Assembly: GCA_023269035.1 (NCBI GenBank) | Contig: JAHFMJ010000003.1 | Span: 1-57,524 of the forward strand | DNA length: 57,524 nucleotides | Direction: 5' to 3' | Source: Candidatus Kaiserbacteria bacterium | GTDB lineage: Bacteria > Patescibacteriota > Minisyncoccia > Phycocordibacterales > Phycocordibacteraceae | Part shown: positions 27,180 through 36,137 of the stretch, piece by piece | Numbering within the stretch: position 1 is the first letter of the stretch | Layout of the letters: every line of letters begins with the position of its first letter | Notes under the pieces: generated by a model | Databases searched by the model: none | Seen by the model: the letters and a program-made list of their open reading frames with translations, nothing else | Told to the model about the DNA's origin: nothing | Made by a program: the position numbers and the translations under genes

Positions 27180-28385
27180 ATGCATATGTACATTCGACCA
27201 AGAGGTGCAATTTCTACGAAAGGGATAGTCTGGAGCGCAGTAGTTCTTTTTTTGATCGTCGGCGGCATCGTCGTCGGATTAAACAGCACTAAGTCGTCAC
27301 CGACTCAAACCAATGCGCAATCCGGCGCAACACAAGCAGGAACGCCTGAAGGCGGCCAGGTCTCCATTCCTGTGCAAAACACAGTATCGGTTCCGACCAC
27401 GGTCACTGCAACTTTTTATGATCCGGGCCCGCATGGCTGGCACGCGGTACAGCAAGGCGGCGGCACGTTCATCCAGTACGACGGCACTACCGGACTCAGG
27501 TACACGTCTCCTGCGGCCAAAGACGCTTCTGGTAATTACACTGCCACCGTGCCAGACGATATCTGTGGCGACGTAATTTTGCCGCAGGGAGCTGCAACAC
27601 CCGCACCGAAGGTCATCGAGGTCACGCTGACCGGGCCTGACGGCAAACCGATCCCAGGCGTTGCGACTATGAAAATGGATCTTCAATGTGATATCTATCA
27701 CCTGGCTGCCACAATCAAGGCTAACCCCGACAAACTCCTGGCGGACGGTATCAGTGCCTCTATTGTGACAGCAAACTTTAGCGTCACCGGGCCTGCAAAG
27801 TTCATAAACGGCACAAGGATAGCTCACGGCTCTAAGCCGATCATACTCACCACGCCTCTCGGCTTGATGGAGGTACACTTCAATACCAGCTTGGGAGTGC
27901 TGGCACCAAGCCCATCGAATGTAAAAACCGACCTCAGCGGCAATGCATCGGTGACGGTAACCTCAGCGGATGCTGGCATCGCCAAAGTGATGGCCCAAGC
28001 GTCCGGCGTTGGTGACGCGCAAGTTAATGTGCATTTCATGCCGAAAATCACTGGTGTGAAGCAGGACTTCGTCCCGCCAACGAGCCCTACCAATTACCAG
28101 ATCTCGACCATCCCCGCTAATCCTAAAGACCTGACGATAGACTGGAAATTCATCCCCGCACCGGGGCTGGATTGCGGCCATATGACTGGCCCAGCTTCAG
28201 GGTTAGGTTTATCGAAGAACGGCTTTTACCATGGACCTGAAAAAAATTACCCTGACGGCTGTCCGGAAAAGTGGGAACATGCGAGCCAGATACAAGTTAC
28301 CGTTACCGACAAGGACGGCGGCAGCGACACGAAAACATTTTCCGCAAGAGACTTTGAAGGTCAGGGTGTGGTGAAGCTTCCTTAA
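27180..28385 (+). CDS. membrane-anchored surface protein with Ig-like (Big_1/invasin-type) beta domain
   Basis: Signal anchor GIVWSAVVLFLIVGGIVVGL. SGNASVTVTSADAGIAKVMAQASGVGDAQVNVHF is typical of bacterial Ig-like repeats. TACACT 27169-27174 lies upstream. Confidence 0.68.
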   Translation: MHMYIRPRGAISTKGIVWSAVVLFLIVGGIVVGLNSTKSSPTQTNAQSGATQAGTPEGGQVSIPVQNTVSVPTTVTATFYDPGPHGWHAVQQGGGTFIQYDGTTGLRYTSPAAKDASGNYTATVPDDICGDVILPQGAATPAPKVIEVTLTGPDGKPIPGVATMKMDLQCDIYHLAATIKANPDKLLADGISASIVTANFSVTGPAKFINGTRIAHGSKPIILTTPLGLMEVHFNTSLGVLAPSPSNVKTDLSGNASVTVTSADAGIAKVMAQASGVGDAQVNVHFMPKITGVKQDFVPPTSPTNYQISTIPANPKDLTIDWKFIPAPGLDCGHMTGPASGLGLSKNGFYHGPEKNYPDGCPEKWEHASQIQVTVTDKDGGSDTKTFSARDFEGQGVVKLP

Positions 28386-28394
28386 TTCTCAAGC

Positions 28395-28826
28395 CTAGAG
28401 TTTGTGCAGGGTATCAAACTCGTTTCTGCTCGGGATATGGCCTATTTGGCCAAGGAACATGGCGCGTATCGTCTTGACGCCGTGGTACAAGGCAAAGAGA
28501 AGGAACACCACACCCATCTCGCGAGCGGCAAAGAGCACGAATGATTGTTGCGAGTAAAAAGAGACCGCCGCGATCTCAAGCAAAAATGCGCCAACCCCCG
28601 CTACAAGCACGTCAGCACCGAGGATGAGCTTGCTGTGCGGATTGGTCAGTCCGGCCAAGAAGACCAGCAGTATGATGCTACCAACTTCGGCAAAGAGCCC
28701 GAAGGGGAGTACCTCGCCCCAGATGGGGATGACAACGACCGAGAGTATAGCCGTCGCGATAAAGCATACACGCACTCCATCTCCATGATAGTGGGGAACG
28801 CGCGGGCCTCGACTTAAGAAAGGCAT
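28395..28826 (-). CDS. integral membrane protein (143 aa, about 4 TM)
   Basis: Hydrophobic ORF. Confidence 0.55.
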   Translation of the reverse strand: MPFLSRGPRVPHYHGDGVRVCFIATAILSVVVIPIWGEVLPFGLFAEVGSIILLVFLAGLTNPHSKLILGADVLVAGVGAFLLEIAAVSFYSQQSFVLFAAREMGVVFLLFALYHGVKTIRAMFLGQIGHIPSRNEFDTLHKL

Positions 28827-28845
28827 AGTAATTATCCTACCACGC

Positions 28846-29589
28846 TTACTTTGGCGTCCACTTTGCGGCCAAGATGCTCAAGTCTCGTATATCAACTTTG
28901 CCGTCACCGTTGAGGTCGAACTTCTGATTTTTTCCGGTCCCAAAATTACCGACCAAGATACTCATATCGGTAAGGTCGACCTTATTGTCGCCATTGATGT
29001 CCGAGTTTTTCAGGACTGGTTTTACCAAACTCACTTTACTGGGACTGACATCAGTGAGAATATCGGTCCCCAACCCGTCGTTCGCTAGTACCTGTGCCTC
29101 CTTGGTCTCAATGACCGCATCACCCTCTGCTTTTACCTTGAAGACGATAGAAATGACCTGACCCGCAGGGCCGTTGAAACCGGGAGATGGTGATACTCCC
29201 GAAAACGATATCACACCATCTTTATTTGAATAAGAAGGGTCTTCTACCCAGAGCGTCAGTATTGAATTGCTCTTTGAGATACTTGTGACTTCCAATTTAT
29301 CTACGGGAAAATTGATTTTTCCGGCCACTGCATTAATGGATTTATCGGATGTATTAACGAGCAAGGAGATGGTGATAGTATCACCTACGTTGTAATTTCC
29401 CGATGACGGGCTTATCGAGAGTGCTGCTGCTTCCAAGTTGGAAGTATTTTGCTGAGTAAGCGTTCTAAAAAAGAGCGCGCCTTGTGGCGGTCGTGAAGGA
29501 GCGTAAATATAAACTAACACAACAAAGGAAGCAGGAATGACCAGGATACTCAGAAAATAGAGATGCCTTCTGAAAAAGGCGGCAAGCAT
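28846..29589 (-). CDS. membrane-anchored cohesin-domain protein with C-terminal type-I dockerin
   Basis: TM YFLSILVIPASFVVLVYIY and a cohesin-like beta module (ISPSSGNYNVGDTITISLLV...KINFPVDKLEV). Duplicated Ca-binding dockerin repeats DINGDNKVDLTDMSIL and DLNGDGKVDIRDLSIL. Start at MLAAFF (29589); 29700 is an alternative. Confidence 0.8.
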   Translation of the reverse strand: MLAAFFRRHLYFLSILVIPASFVVLVYIYAPSRPPQGALFFRTLTQQNTSNLEAAALSISPSSGNYNVGDTITISLLVNTSDKSINAVAGKINFPVDKLEVTSISKSNSILTLWVEDPSYSNKDGVISFSGVSPSPGFNGPAGQVISIVFKVKAEGDAVIETKEAQVLANDGLGTDILTDVSPSKVSLVKPVLKNSDINGDNKVDLTDMSILVGNFGTGKNQKFDLNGDGKVDIRDLSILAAKWTPK

Positions 29590-29656
29590 AGCTTTCAGTA
29601 TCGCAAATGCCTCACTCAGTGGGAATGTGCGAGTGGATAACTTTTGAGAGATAGTC

Positions 29657-30028
29657 CTAGGTTCCGTGTTCTTGTGTTGTGTTATTAGCAAGAAAAGCAA
29701 GTGCGATTGTGGCCATGGTGAGGCCGAAGTCGCGTACGCCTATCTCATTGAGGCCGATCTCGAAGGTGATGAGCGCGAGGTGGAGCGCGAGAAGGATAGC
29801 GGCCCCACGCAGCCATACACCAAACACGAGGAGCGCGCCGAATACAAGCTCAAAAAGGCCATTTGCCAGTACGATGGTAGTACCCGACAGGTGAGTGAGG
29901 CTTGAGGCCCACGCCGGTACCCAGGAGGTCCAATTGGCGGCATCGGAAAGCTGGGAGTAGCCAAACCAGAGGAATACCGCAGCAAGTCCGAAACGCAATA
30001 TGAGGAGGCCTAGCCGCATCTGCTTCAT
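29657..30028 (-). CDS. DoxX-family membrane protein
   Basis: MKQMRLGLLILRFGLAAVFLWFG... with 4 TM. TATAAT (30040-30035, minus strand) lies 6 nt before ATG 30028. Confidence 0.78.
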   Translation of the reverse strand: MKQMRLGLLILRFGLAAVFLWFGYSQLSDAANWTSWVPAWASSLTHLSGTTIVLANGLFELVFGALLVFGVWLRGAAILLALHLALITFEIGLNEIGVRDFGLTMATIALAFLANNTTQEHGT

Positions 30029-30118
30029 TGGAGAATTATACCCTACCGCCACAGACGGGCTCCTAGGTTGTGCTACACTATCAGAGGAAAGGAACGCATT
30101 AGAAGATAATTAATTTTT

Positions 30119-30376
30119 ATGGTGAGAACTGCTAATCCAGCTTTATTAAAGCCGCTTAACCTCTCCTCAGACCTTGAGGCTGTCGTCGGCTCAGGCCCTA
30201 TGGCACGTGGACAGGTCGTCAAGAAGCTCTGGGAATACATCAAGAAGAACGACCTCCAGAACCCGAAAAACAAGAGGAACATCCTTGCCGATGACAAGCT
30301 CAAGGCTATCTTTGGCGGCAAAGGCGAGGTGACCATGTTCGAGATGACGAAGCTCGTCTCGGCACACATGAAATAA
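30119..30376 (+). CDS. SWIB/MDM2-domain protein
   Basis: GPMARGQVVKKLWEYIKKNDLQNPKNKRNILADDKLKAIFG is a canonical SWIB pattern. 85 aa. Confidence 0.85.
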   Translation: MVRTANPALLKPLNLSSDLEAVVGSGPMARGQVVKKLWEYIKKNDLQNPKNKRNILADDKLKAIFGGKGEVTMFEMTKLVSAHMK

Positions 30377-30492
30377 GGCGGGTTTACCGAGCACTCCGCT
30401 GGCCTAAGGGCCAGGAATGTGCTACACTAAGAGCCTCAATGTAGGTTGAGGAGACGTAGTCGAAGTTTCAGAGAAAACAAACACTAAAACAC

Positions 30493-30693
30493 ATGCAAAC
30501 AGGAACAATCAAAAAGCTGGTTGCGGATAGGGGATTCGGTTTCATCGCTGTCGAAGGACAGGCGAAGGACCTCTTCTTCCACTCCAAGGATTGCAATGGT
30601 CAATTCGACTCCTTCAAGGAGGGCGAGACCGTTTCATTCGAGGTGAGCCAGGGCCCTAAGGGTCCGGCAGCAACAGGCGTCGTACGCGCATAA
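30493..30693 (+). CDS. cold-shock domain protein
   Basis: KGFGFI-type RNP-1 (RGFGFIAV) and DLFFHS. 66 aa. Confidence 0.93.
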   Translation: MQTGTIKKLVADRGFGFIAVEGQAKDLFFHSKDCNGQFDSFKEGETVSFEVSQGPKGPAATGVVRA

Positions 30694-30712
30694 CCCCTCG
30701 GTAGCGCAGAGC

Positions 30713-30747
30713 AAAAACCGCCCCGAGCTTGTCGAAGGGCGGTTTTT
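30713..30747 (+). terminator. bidirectional intrinsic terminator after csp
   Basis: AAAAA-CCGCCC (30718-30723)...GGGCGG (30737-30742)-TTTTT. Confidence 0.8.
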
Positions 30748-30757
30748 GCGTGTTTTG

Positions 30758-30771
30758 AGAATCATGATTCT
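30758..30771. promoter_or_regulatory. perfect 14-bp palindrome AGAATCATGATTCT (candidate operator)
   Basis: Located in the intergenic region upstream of the thioredoxin-like gene. Confidence 0.3.
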
Positions 30772-30845
30772 TCCTGTATTTCTTGTTATTATTATCGCAG
30801 ACTTCCACTTAGATTCAAGCTGGAAGGGAAATCCTATGAGACGAT

Positions 30846-31232
30846 ATGAGCGAACGCATTAGGGCACAAAGGATCGCTGACAATGACCCTTCTTCGGTTG
30901 AAACGCCCGGAGAACGCCGTGAACGTCTTCAGAAAGAGTTCGTGCTGTATACGACAAGCTGGTGCGGCCCGTGTAAGCGTGTAAAAGCGGTTATCGAAGA
31001 GTTGGGGCTTTCTCTCATCACTCTCAAGGATGTGGATAGGGATACCGGGCCCGAAAATCGAAAGGAGCTTGCGCGGATTTTCGTGGAACAAGGCGAGGAA
31101 CTGCCAAAAGGGAGCGACGTGATATTCCCGTACTTGTATAACACTGTAAGAAACATCAACGGGGAAAAGAAGGGGATGCGAGATTCGGAAAAGATCATGC
31201 AATTCCTGAGAGACACCTTTCCGCTCCAGTAA
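30846..31232 (+). CDS. thioredoxin-fold (glutaredoxin-like) protein with WCGPC site
   Basis: YTTSWCGPCKRVKAVIEELG. 128 aa. Confidence 0.75.
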   Translation: MSERIRAQRIADNDPSSVETPGERRERLQKEFVLYTTSWCGPCKRVKAVIEELGLSLITLKDVDRDTGPENRKELARIFVEQGEELPKGSDVIFPYLYNTVRNINGEKKGMRDSEKIMQFLRDTFPLQ

Positions 31233-31263
31233 CCCTTTAGTAAAATCGTAGTATCATAGATAG

Positions 31264-31632
31264 ATGCGCACCACGATAAAGGCTTCAGGAGAGGTAGTAC
31301 TGACCGAGGAATTGCGTTCCTACGTCGCAGAGAGGGTCGTTAGGTTGGAGAAGCTCATTGACAGCGCCGACACGACAGCATTTGCGGCAATTGAACTTGC
31401 CACAACCACCTCAGGACAAAAAACCGGCAACATCTACCGCGCGGAATTTAACGTGCAATTTTCCGGAGGGTTCGTCCGTGCCGAGGCGGTACGCGATACG
31501 ATGCATGCCGCAATCGATGAGGCGATTGAGGAAGCCAAGCGGGAGCTTCGCAAGGCGCGAGGCAGGCGCCGCGACCTCATGCGTCGAGGTGCCGCTCGTG
31601 TCAAGGACTTTTTTAGACAATTCGGCAAATGA
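31264..31632 (+). CDS. hpf: ribosome hibernation/ribosome-associated inhibitor (HPF/RaiA family, short form)
   Basis: Typical N-terminus (IKASGEVVLTEELRSYVAERVVRLEK...) with a basic C-terminus. 122 aa. Confidence 0.82.
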   Translation: MRTTIKASGEVVLTEELRSYVAERVVRLEKLIDSADTTAFAAIELATTTSGQKTGNIYRAEFNVQFSGGFVRAEAVRDTMHAAIDEAIEEAKRELRKARGRRRDLMRRGAARVKDFFRQFGK

Positions 31633-32915
31633 CCGGGAGCGACTCTCTGTATCAAGAGCATGTGCGCACACGCCAGGCAAAGGCCGAGGCGACACTGACT
31701 GCACATGGATTTGACTCTCTTATACTCTCGAGCGGAAAGCCTTTTACGTACTTTGCGGATGATCAGGAGGCTCCGCTCCATACCACGCCGCATTTTACAC
31801 ACTGGCTCCCGCTTGCTGGTGCTGGCAATCTCCTCGTCGTCCGCCCAGGGATAAAGCCACAGCTCATCCACCTCGTACCGGACGACTTCTGGCGCGAGCA
31901 TCAACCCATTACAGATTCATTTTGGAAAGAAGAGTTTGATATCGTTGAAGTAAAGAGTATTGAGCACGCATGGAAAATTGCCGGGGCACTCGCACACGCT
32001 GCCTACATAGGCGATGAACCGGAACGTGCGCGGGCTGCTGGCGTCATCGATACGAACATCAACCCAGCCGAACTTGTCGCACAACTCGATACGGAAAGGA
32101 GTTATAAGACCCCCTACGAGGTCGCCTGCATCGAAGAAGCCCAGGCGCGAGCGGCAGCGGGGCACAAAGCTGCGAAAATAATTTTTGAGAAAGGCGGTTC
32201 TGAGCTGGCCATCCACCAGGCCTACATGGCAGCCGTCGGTTGTACGGAAAATGAACTGCCGTATGAGACCATAACCGCGCTCGACAAAAAAGCAGCGATA
32301 CTTCACTATCAACACAAGAGAGCTCAGGGAAGCGGCACGGTGCTGCTTCTTGATGCGGGATTCGGCTACAACGGCTATGCTTCTGATATCACCCGGACCT
32401 GGGCGCTCGAAAGTGCCGATCCGCTCTTCAAAGAGCTCCTTGCACGCATGGAAACACTCCAGCAGGAGATGTGTGCACAGGTGCTCCCGAACATCGTTTA
32501 TGCCGACGTCCACCTCAAGGCACACCTCTGCATAGGCACCCTGCTTAACGAGCTCGGTATCATAACCGTCAGCGGGGAAGCGGCAATGGAACACGGGATT
32601 ACGAAAGCATTCTTCCCGCATGGCATCGGACACATGCTCGGCATCCAAGTACACGATGTCGGCGGTACTTCAAAAACCTCCGACGAACGACTTCACAAGT
32701 CATTCATCCTGGAGGAAGGGCAGGTCATTACCATCGAGCCGGGAGTGTACTTCATACCCATGCTTCTTTCAGCGCACCGCTCGGGAGTTACCGCCCCGCT
32801 CTTTAACTGGGACCTTATCGATCGGCTGACCCCATCCGGAGGTATCCGGATAGAAGACGATATCCTTGTAGGGAAAACGGGGCCTATAAACCTGACTAGA
32901 AAATACCTCCCATAA
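31629..32915 (+). CDS. pepQ: Xaa-Pro dipeptidase (M24B)
   Basis: Collinear with PepQ. Metal ligands LLLDAGFGYNGYASDITRTW, HGIGHMLGIQVHD, and ITIEPGVY. The ATG overlaps the hpf stop. Confidence 0.92.
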   Translation: MTGSDSLYQEHVRTRQAKAEATLTAHGFDSLILSSGKPFTYFADDQEAPLHTTPHFTHWLPLAGAGNLLVVRPGIKPQLIHLVPDDFWREHQPITDSFWKEEFDIVEVKSIEHAWKIAGALAHAAYIGDEPERARAAGVIDTNINPAELVAQLDTERSYKTPYEVACIEEAQARAAAGHKAAKIIFEKGGSELAIHQAYMAAVGCTENELPYETITALDKKAAILHYQHKRAQGSGTVLLLDAGFGYNGYASDITRTWALESADPLFKELLARMETLQQEMCAQVLPNIVYADVHLKAHLCIGTLLNELGIITVSGEAAMEHGITKAFFPHGIGHMLGIQVHDVGGTSKTSDERLHKSFILEEGQVITIEPGVYFIPMLLSAHRSGVTAPLFNWDLIDRLTPSGGIRIEDDILVGKTGPINLTRKYLP

Positions 32916-32934
32916 ACGAAGCGAGAGGGGGGTA

Positions 32935-32963
32935 TTGACTTTTCTTTATGAGTGTATTACTAT
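32935..32963 (+). promoter_or_regulatory. candidate promoter TTGACT-17-TACTAT, 7 nt before ATG 32971
   Basis: TTGACT 32935-32940 and TACTAT 32958-32963. Confidence 0.55.
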
Positions 32964-32970
32964 AGGGACT

Positions 32971-34659
32971 ATGGGGCATGAGGCCTTTAAACGCGAGGAC
33001 GCAGCGACCCGGGGAACCAGGGCCGCTTTTCGTGTGGAGACAAAAAGCTCTTTGGATATCCCGAGAGTCGTCATTGCAGAACCTCAAAGGTTCGAGTTTC
33101 CTGCATTACCTATCGACATGCGCCACCCGGAACGTCGGCATCAAAAACCTACTCAGGAAAAAAGCATCAGGCGAGTCAAGTCGGAAGATGAAAGAAAGGG
33201 TGGCTTAGATGGTGTCGTCCCTGAACAGACTCCGTCAAGTGCTGAGGAGGAAGAAACTTCCCGCCGTCCGCTGCACCCCATATGGCGTTTTGTTATAAAT
33301 ATCCCGACCGTCCTCGGATTCGGAGGCATGGCACTGGACGTATACGCGATGAAAGCAGGCCTTGCCTTGCTCCACTCGTTTCTGACCCCGATCGCATTGG
33401 GACTCCTCGCGGTGTCATTCGCAAAAAGCGTGGAGCATCTGCTGCGCACCGGGATCTACTTTGCAGGACAAAAGATCGCTAACTTGGGAGAACGGCTTGG
33501 CCAGGATTGGGAGAAGATGAGAAACCCAGGCTTGCTTCAGACCACCTTTGTCGAACGGTATATCGAAGGCCCGCTCCTGAGTTTGCCGGGGCATGTGTTG
33601 AATGGTATTGGAGCGGTCCTTGGCGCTTTGGCACGAGTGGTGTTAGCTGCCCCGGGTGTTATAGGAAAAGGCCTTTGGGAAGGGCTCTTATGGGGAGCGG
33701 AGGCCTCTGGCGCAGGAGTCCGATTGGGTGCGCGCGCCCTTGGTGGAATTTGGAAATTCGTACGAGCGGTACCACCGACCATAGGGGACGGCATTGTTGC
33801 GCTCAGCGGAAGGTGGAAAGAGGTTCGGCGTCGCAGGGCTGAGCGCAAGGCCTTTAACGCCTCAAGCAAGGCACACATGGACCAAAACTTCATCAATACT
33901 ATCGAAAGGCTAATCGGTACTGGAGGAAATTATAAGGCAGCGGCGCGTAAAGTACCTTTTGTCCACGACCCAGCAATCCGTTCAGAATTATGCGAACGTA
34001 TCATCACCGGGATGTTCCCGTATGGAGTCACGAGCGGGATCACCCATCTCGGGGAGGGCCACCTTTCTAGAAAAGACTTGAAAAAATTGCAAGGATTCCT
34101 CCCGATCGCGCAGAATCTCGTATCATATGTGCACGACCTCTCGGTAAGGAACGATATCAACCTGCGTCTCACCGAGATACGTATCGCTTTCGCAGAGAGG
34201 GGGTTGGGCAAGGAAAATCAGGCTCAGAGCGGTGGCTTCGTCCAGAAAATAGGATCCGGCTTGAAGAGGTGGCTCGGGAAGCGGAGCGAGAACGAATACA
34301 GCGCCGCCGCAAGAAGCATAGGGAACATACACGGAAATTGGAACCCGTGGAGTAAGGCAAGTAAGGACGCACGCACAATGCGAGATGATGCACGCAAGCA
34401 GATCATTGAAAGCATCTATTCATACGACCGCATCAATCTCATCCCGCAGCTGACTCCGATCGGCATCAATCTGTTCAAAGGAAAACTCGCGTTCGCCATC
34501 GGTGTCGCGAGAGATATACATGATGACGAAGTGTACAATGACATGCGCGATCGTCTGATACTGGTGCGCAATAAACTCATCGGCCGGATGATCGAACTCG
34601 GCATGAACATTGCTTACGACGGGTCCCTGCACACGGAACTAAAGGAAAGAGGAACGTAA
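32971..34659 (+). CDS. large hypothetical membrane-associated protein (562 aa) with internal duplication
   Basis: Charged N-terminus, two or more TM (IWRFVINIPTVLGFGGMALDVYAM, LTPIALGLLAVSFA), and a Gly-rich region. Two C-terminal repeats of about 95 aa (NYKAAARKVPFVHD... / EYSAAARSIGNIHG...). Confidence 0.7.
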   Translation: MGHEAFKREDAATRGTRAAFRVETKSSLDIPRVVIAEPQRFEFPALPIDMRHPERRHQKPTQEKSIRRVKSEDERKGGLDGVVPEQTPSSAEEEETSRRPLHPIWRFVINIPTVLGFGGMALDVYAMKAGLALLHSFLTPIALGLLAVSFAKSVEHLLRTGIYFAGQKIANLGERLGQDWEKMRNPGLLQTTFVERYIEGPLLSLPGHVLNGIGAVLGALARVVLAAPGVIGKGLWEGLLWGAEASGAGVRLGARALGGIWKFVRAVPPTIGDGIVALSGRWKEVRRRRAERKAFNASSKAHMDQNFINTIERLIGTGGNYKAAARKVPFVHDPAIRSELCERIITGMFPYGVTSGITHLGEGHLSRKDLKKLQGFLPIAQNLVSYVHDLSVRNDINLRLTEIRIAFAERGLGKENQAQSGGFVQKIGSGLKRWLGKRSENEYSAAARSIGNIHGNWNPWSKASKDARTMRDDARKQIIESIYSYDRINLIPQLTPIGINLFKGKLAFAIGVARDIHDDEVYNDMRDRLILVRNKLIGRMIELGMNIAYDGSLHTELKERGT

Positions 34660-34719
34660 GCTATGGGGCTCGCTGCTTCAATCGTGCTGAACCTCAAGCC
34701 TAGGGCTGGAAGCGAATCC

Positions 34720-35577
34720 CTAGCTGCGTAAGAAATCCTCGTACGCCATCTCGCGCTTGCCTTCGGGTATCACTCGGCTGATACGGAATTCGCCGTTGCT
34801 GAACTTCGCATCGGCAATCTTGATCCGCTTGGATCCCTTGAAAAAATACGTGCCCGGCCAGCCATCGTAGGCACAGAATTTCAAATAATTCTGACGGGGG
34901 TCGGCAGAAAGGTCGATATGGCCGTCTTCTTTCTCTATCTTTTTTGTAAAAGTTGCCTGGCTGTGGGCCTGGGGCTCAGGGATAAGCGTCCTGTCGTCCG
35001 CACCTTCTTCGTCATAAGCCGCCTCTTGTATCCACGTGGGTATTATTTCAGCAAGCAATGCTCCTCCCGCGCGCGCAAGCCGCTCTTCGAGAGCTGACGC
35101 TGGCAAAGGCCATGCCTCGAGCGGGATAGCCTCTTGCTTCACGATAGGGCCATGGTCGAGCTCCTCATCTACAAGCATGATGCTGACGCCGATATCTTTT
35201 TCATCCGCGAGTATCTGGCTCTCTACCGGAGATGGGCCACGATATTTTGGAAGGAGCGAAGGGTGGACGTTCAGTGTTCCCGCATGAGGCAGCTTAAGCA
35301 AAGAGAAAGGAAGTACTTTTCCATATGCTGCAACGATAAAAAGGTCCCAATCGCGTTTCGCAAGGGTATCAAAAGATTCAGCGACGGGGATATCTTTTCC
35401 TTCAGCCCAAACTTTTACCGGAGACGCTTTCGGCACGAGCCCCCGGCCCGCGGGCCTGTCTGGCATCGTTATGACCAGGTTCGGAAGGATGCCTGCTTTT
35501 TCCATCTCCTCAAGCACCTGTACCGCGAACCGCGGCGTCCCGAAAAAGGCGATGCGTGCGTTAGCTGTTTTGCTCAT
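34720..35577 (-). CDS. fmt: methionyl-tRNA formyltransferase
   Basis: NVHPSLLPKYRGPSPV motif. def-fmt synteny. Confidence 0.93.
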   Translation of the reverse strand: MSKTANARIAFFGTPRFAVQVLEEMEKAGILPNLVITMPDRPAGRGLVPKASPVKVWAEGKDIPVAESFDTLAKRDWDLFIVAAYGKVLPFSLLKLPHAGTLNVHPSLLPKYRGPSPVESQILADEKDIGVSIMLVDEELDHGPIVKQEAIPLEAWPLPASALEERLARAGGALLAEIIPTWIQEAAYDEEGADDRTLIPEPQAHSQATFTKKIEKEDGHIDLSADPRQNYLKFCAYDGWPGTYFFKGSKRIKIADAKFSNGEFRISRVIPEGKREMAYEDFLRS

Positions 35578-36118
35578 CTTTTTTTACACCATCTTCCTCC
35601 TCTTTCTTGGTCTCGTGCACCTCTTCGGCCTTGTCGACGTACAAGATGCCTTCGAGATGGTCAGTCTCATGCTGAAATATCTGCGCCAAGAGGCCCGAGC
35701 CACCGCGCTCGAAGCGCTTGCCATCTTTATCATATGCACGTACGGTCGCCTGTACTGACCGCTTGATGAAGCCATAGTACCCGGGTACGGAAAGGCACGC
35801 CTCTTCAAGCAGCTCCTTCTTCCGGGAGATCTTGGCCATCTTTGGATTGATGAAGACAACGTCAGGAATGGTGTCATCACGCTCGGCCTTCGGAAGCCCT
35901 TCTTGCCCAGCCATAATGCATCCGCGGACTACGAAGATGCGGTAGGAAAGCCCTATTTGCGGAGCGGCGATAGCGACCCCGTGTTCGGTCGTACGCAACG
36001 AGGCAGACATACGCGCTATCAGAGTAGCGAGCTTTTTTGTCCCGAAAAAATCCTTAGGGACTTCGTGCGCGTGCTCTCCAAGTACTTTTGCGCCTTTCTC
36101 AACGATTGGGTCTATCAT
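35561..36118 (-). CDS. def: peptide deformylase
   Basis: GVAIAAPQIG, EACLSVPG, QHETDHLEG. Confidence 0.93.
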   Translation of the reverse strand: MIDPIVEKGAKVLGEHAHEVPKDFFGTKKLATLIARMSASLRTTEHGVAIAAPQIGLSYRIFVVRGCIMAGQEGLPKAERDDTIPDVVFINPKMAKISRKKELLEEACLSVPGYYGFIKRSVQATVRAYDKDGKRFERGGSGLLAQIFQHETDHLEGILYVDKAEEVHETKKEEEDGVKKDEQNS

Positions 36119-36137
36119 AAGGATACTGCCTTCCAGA

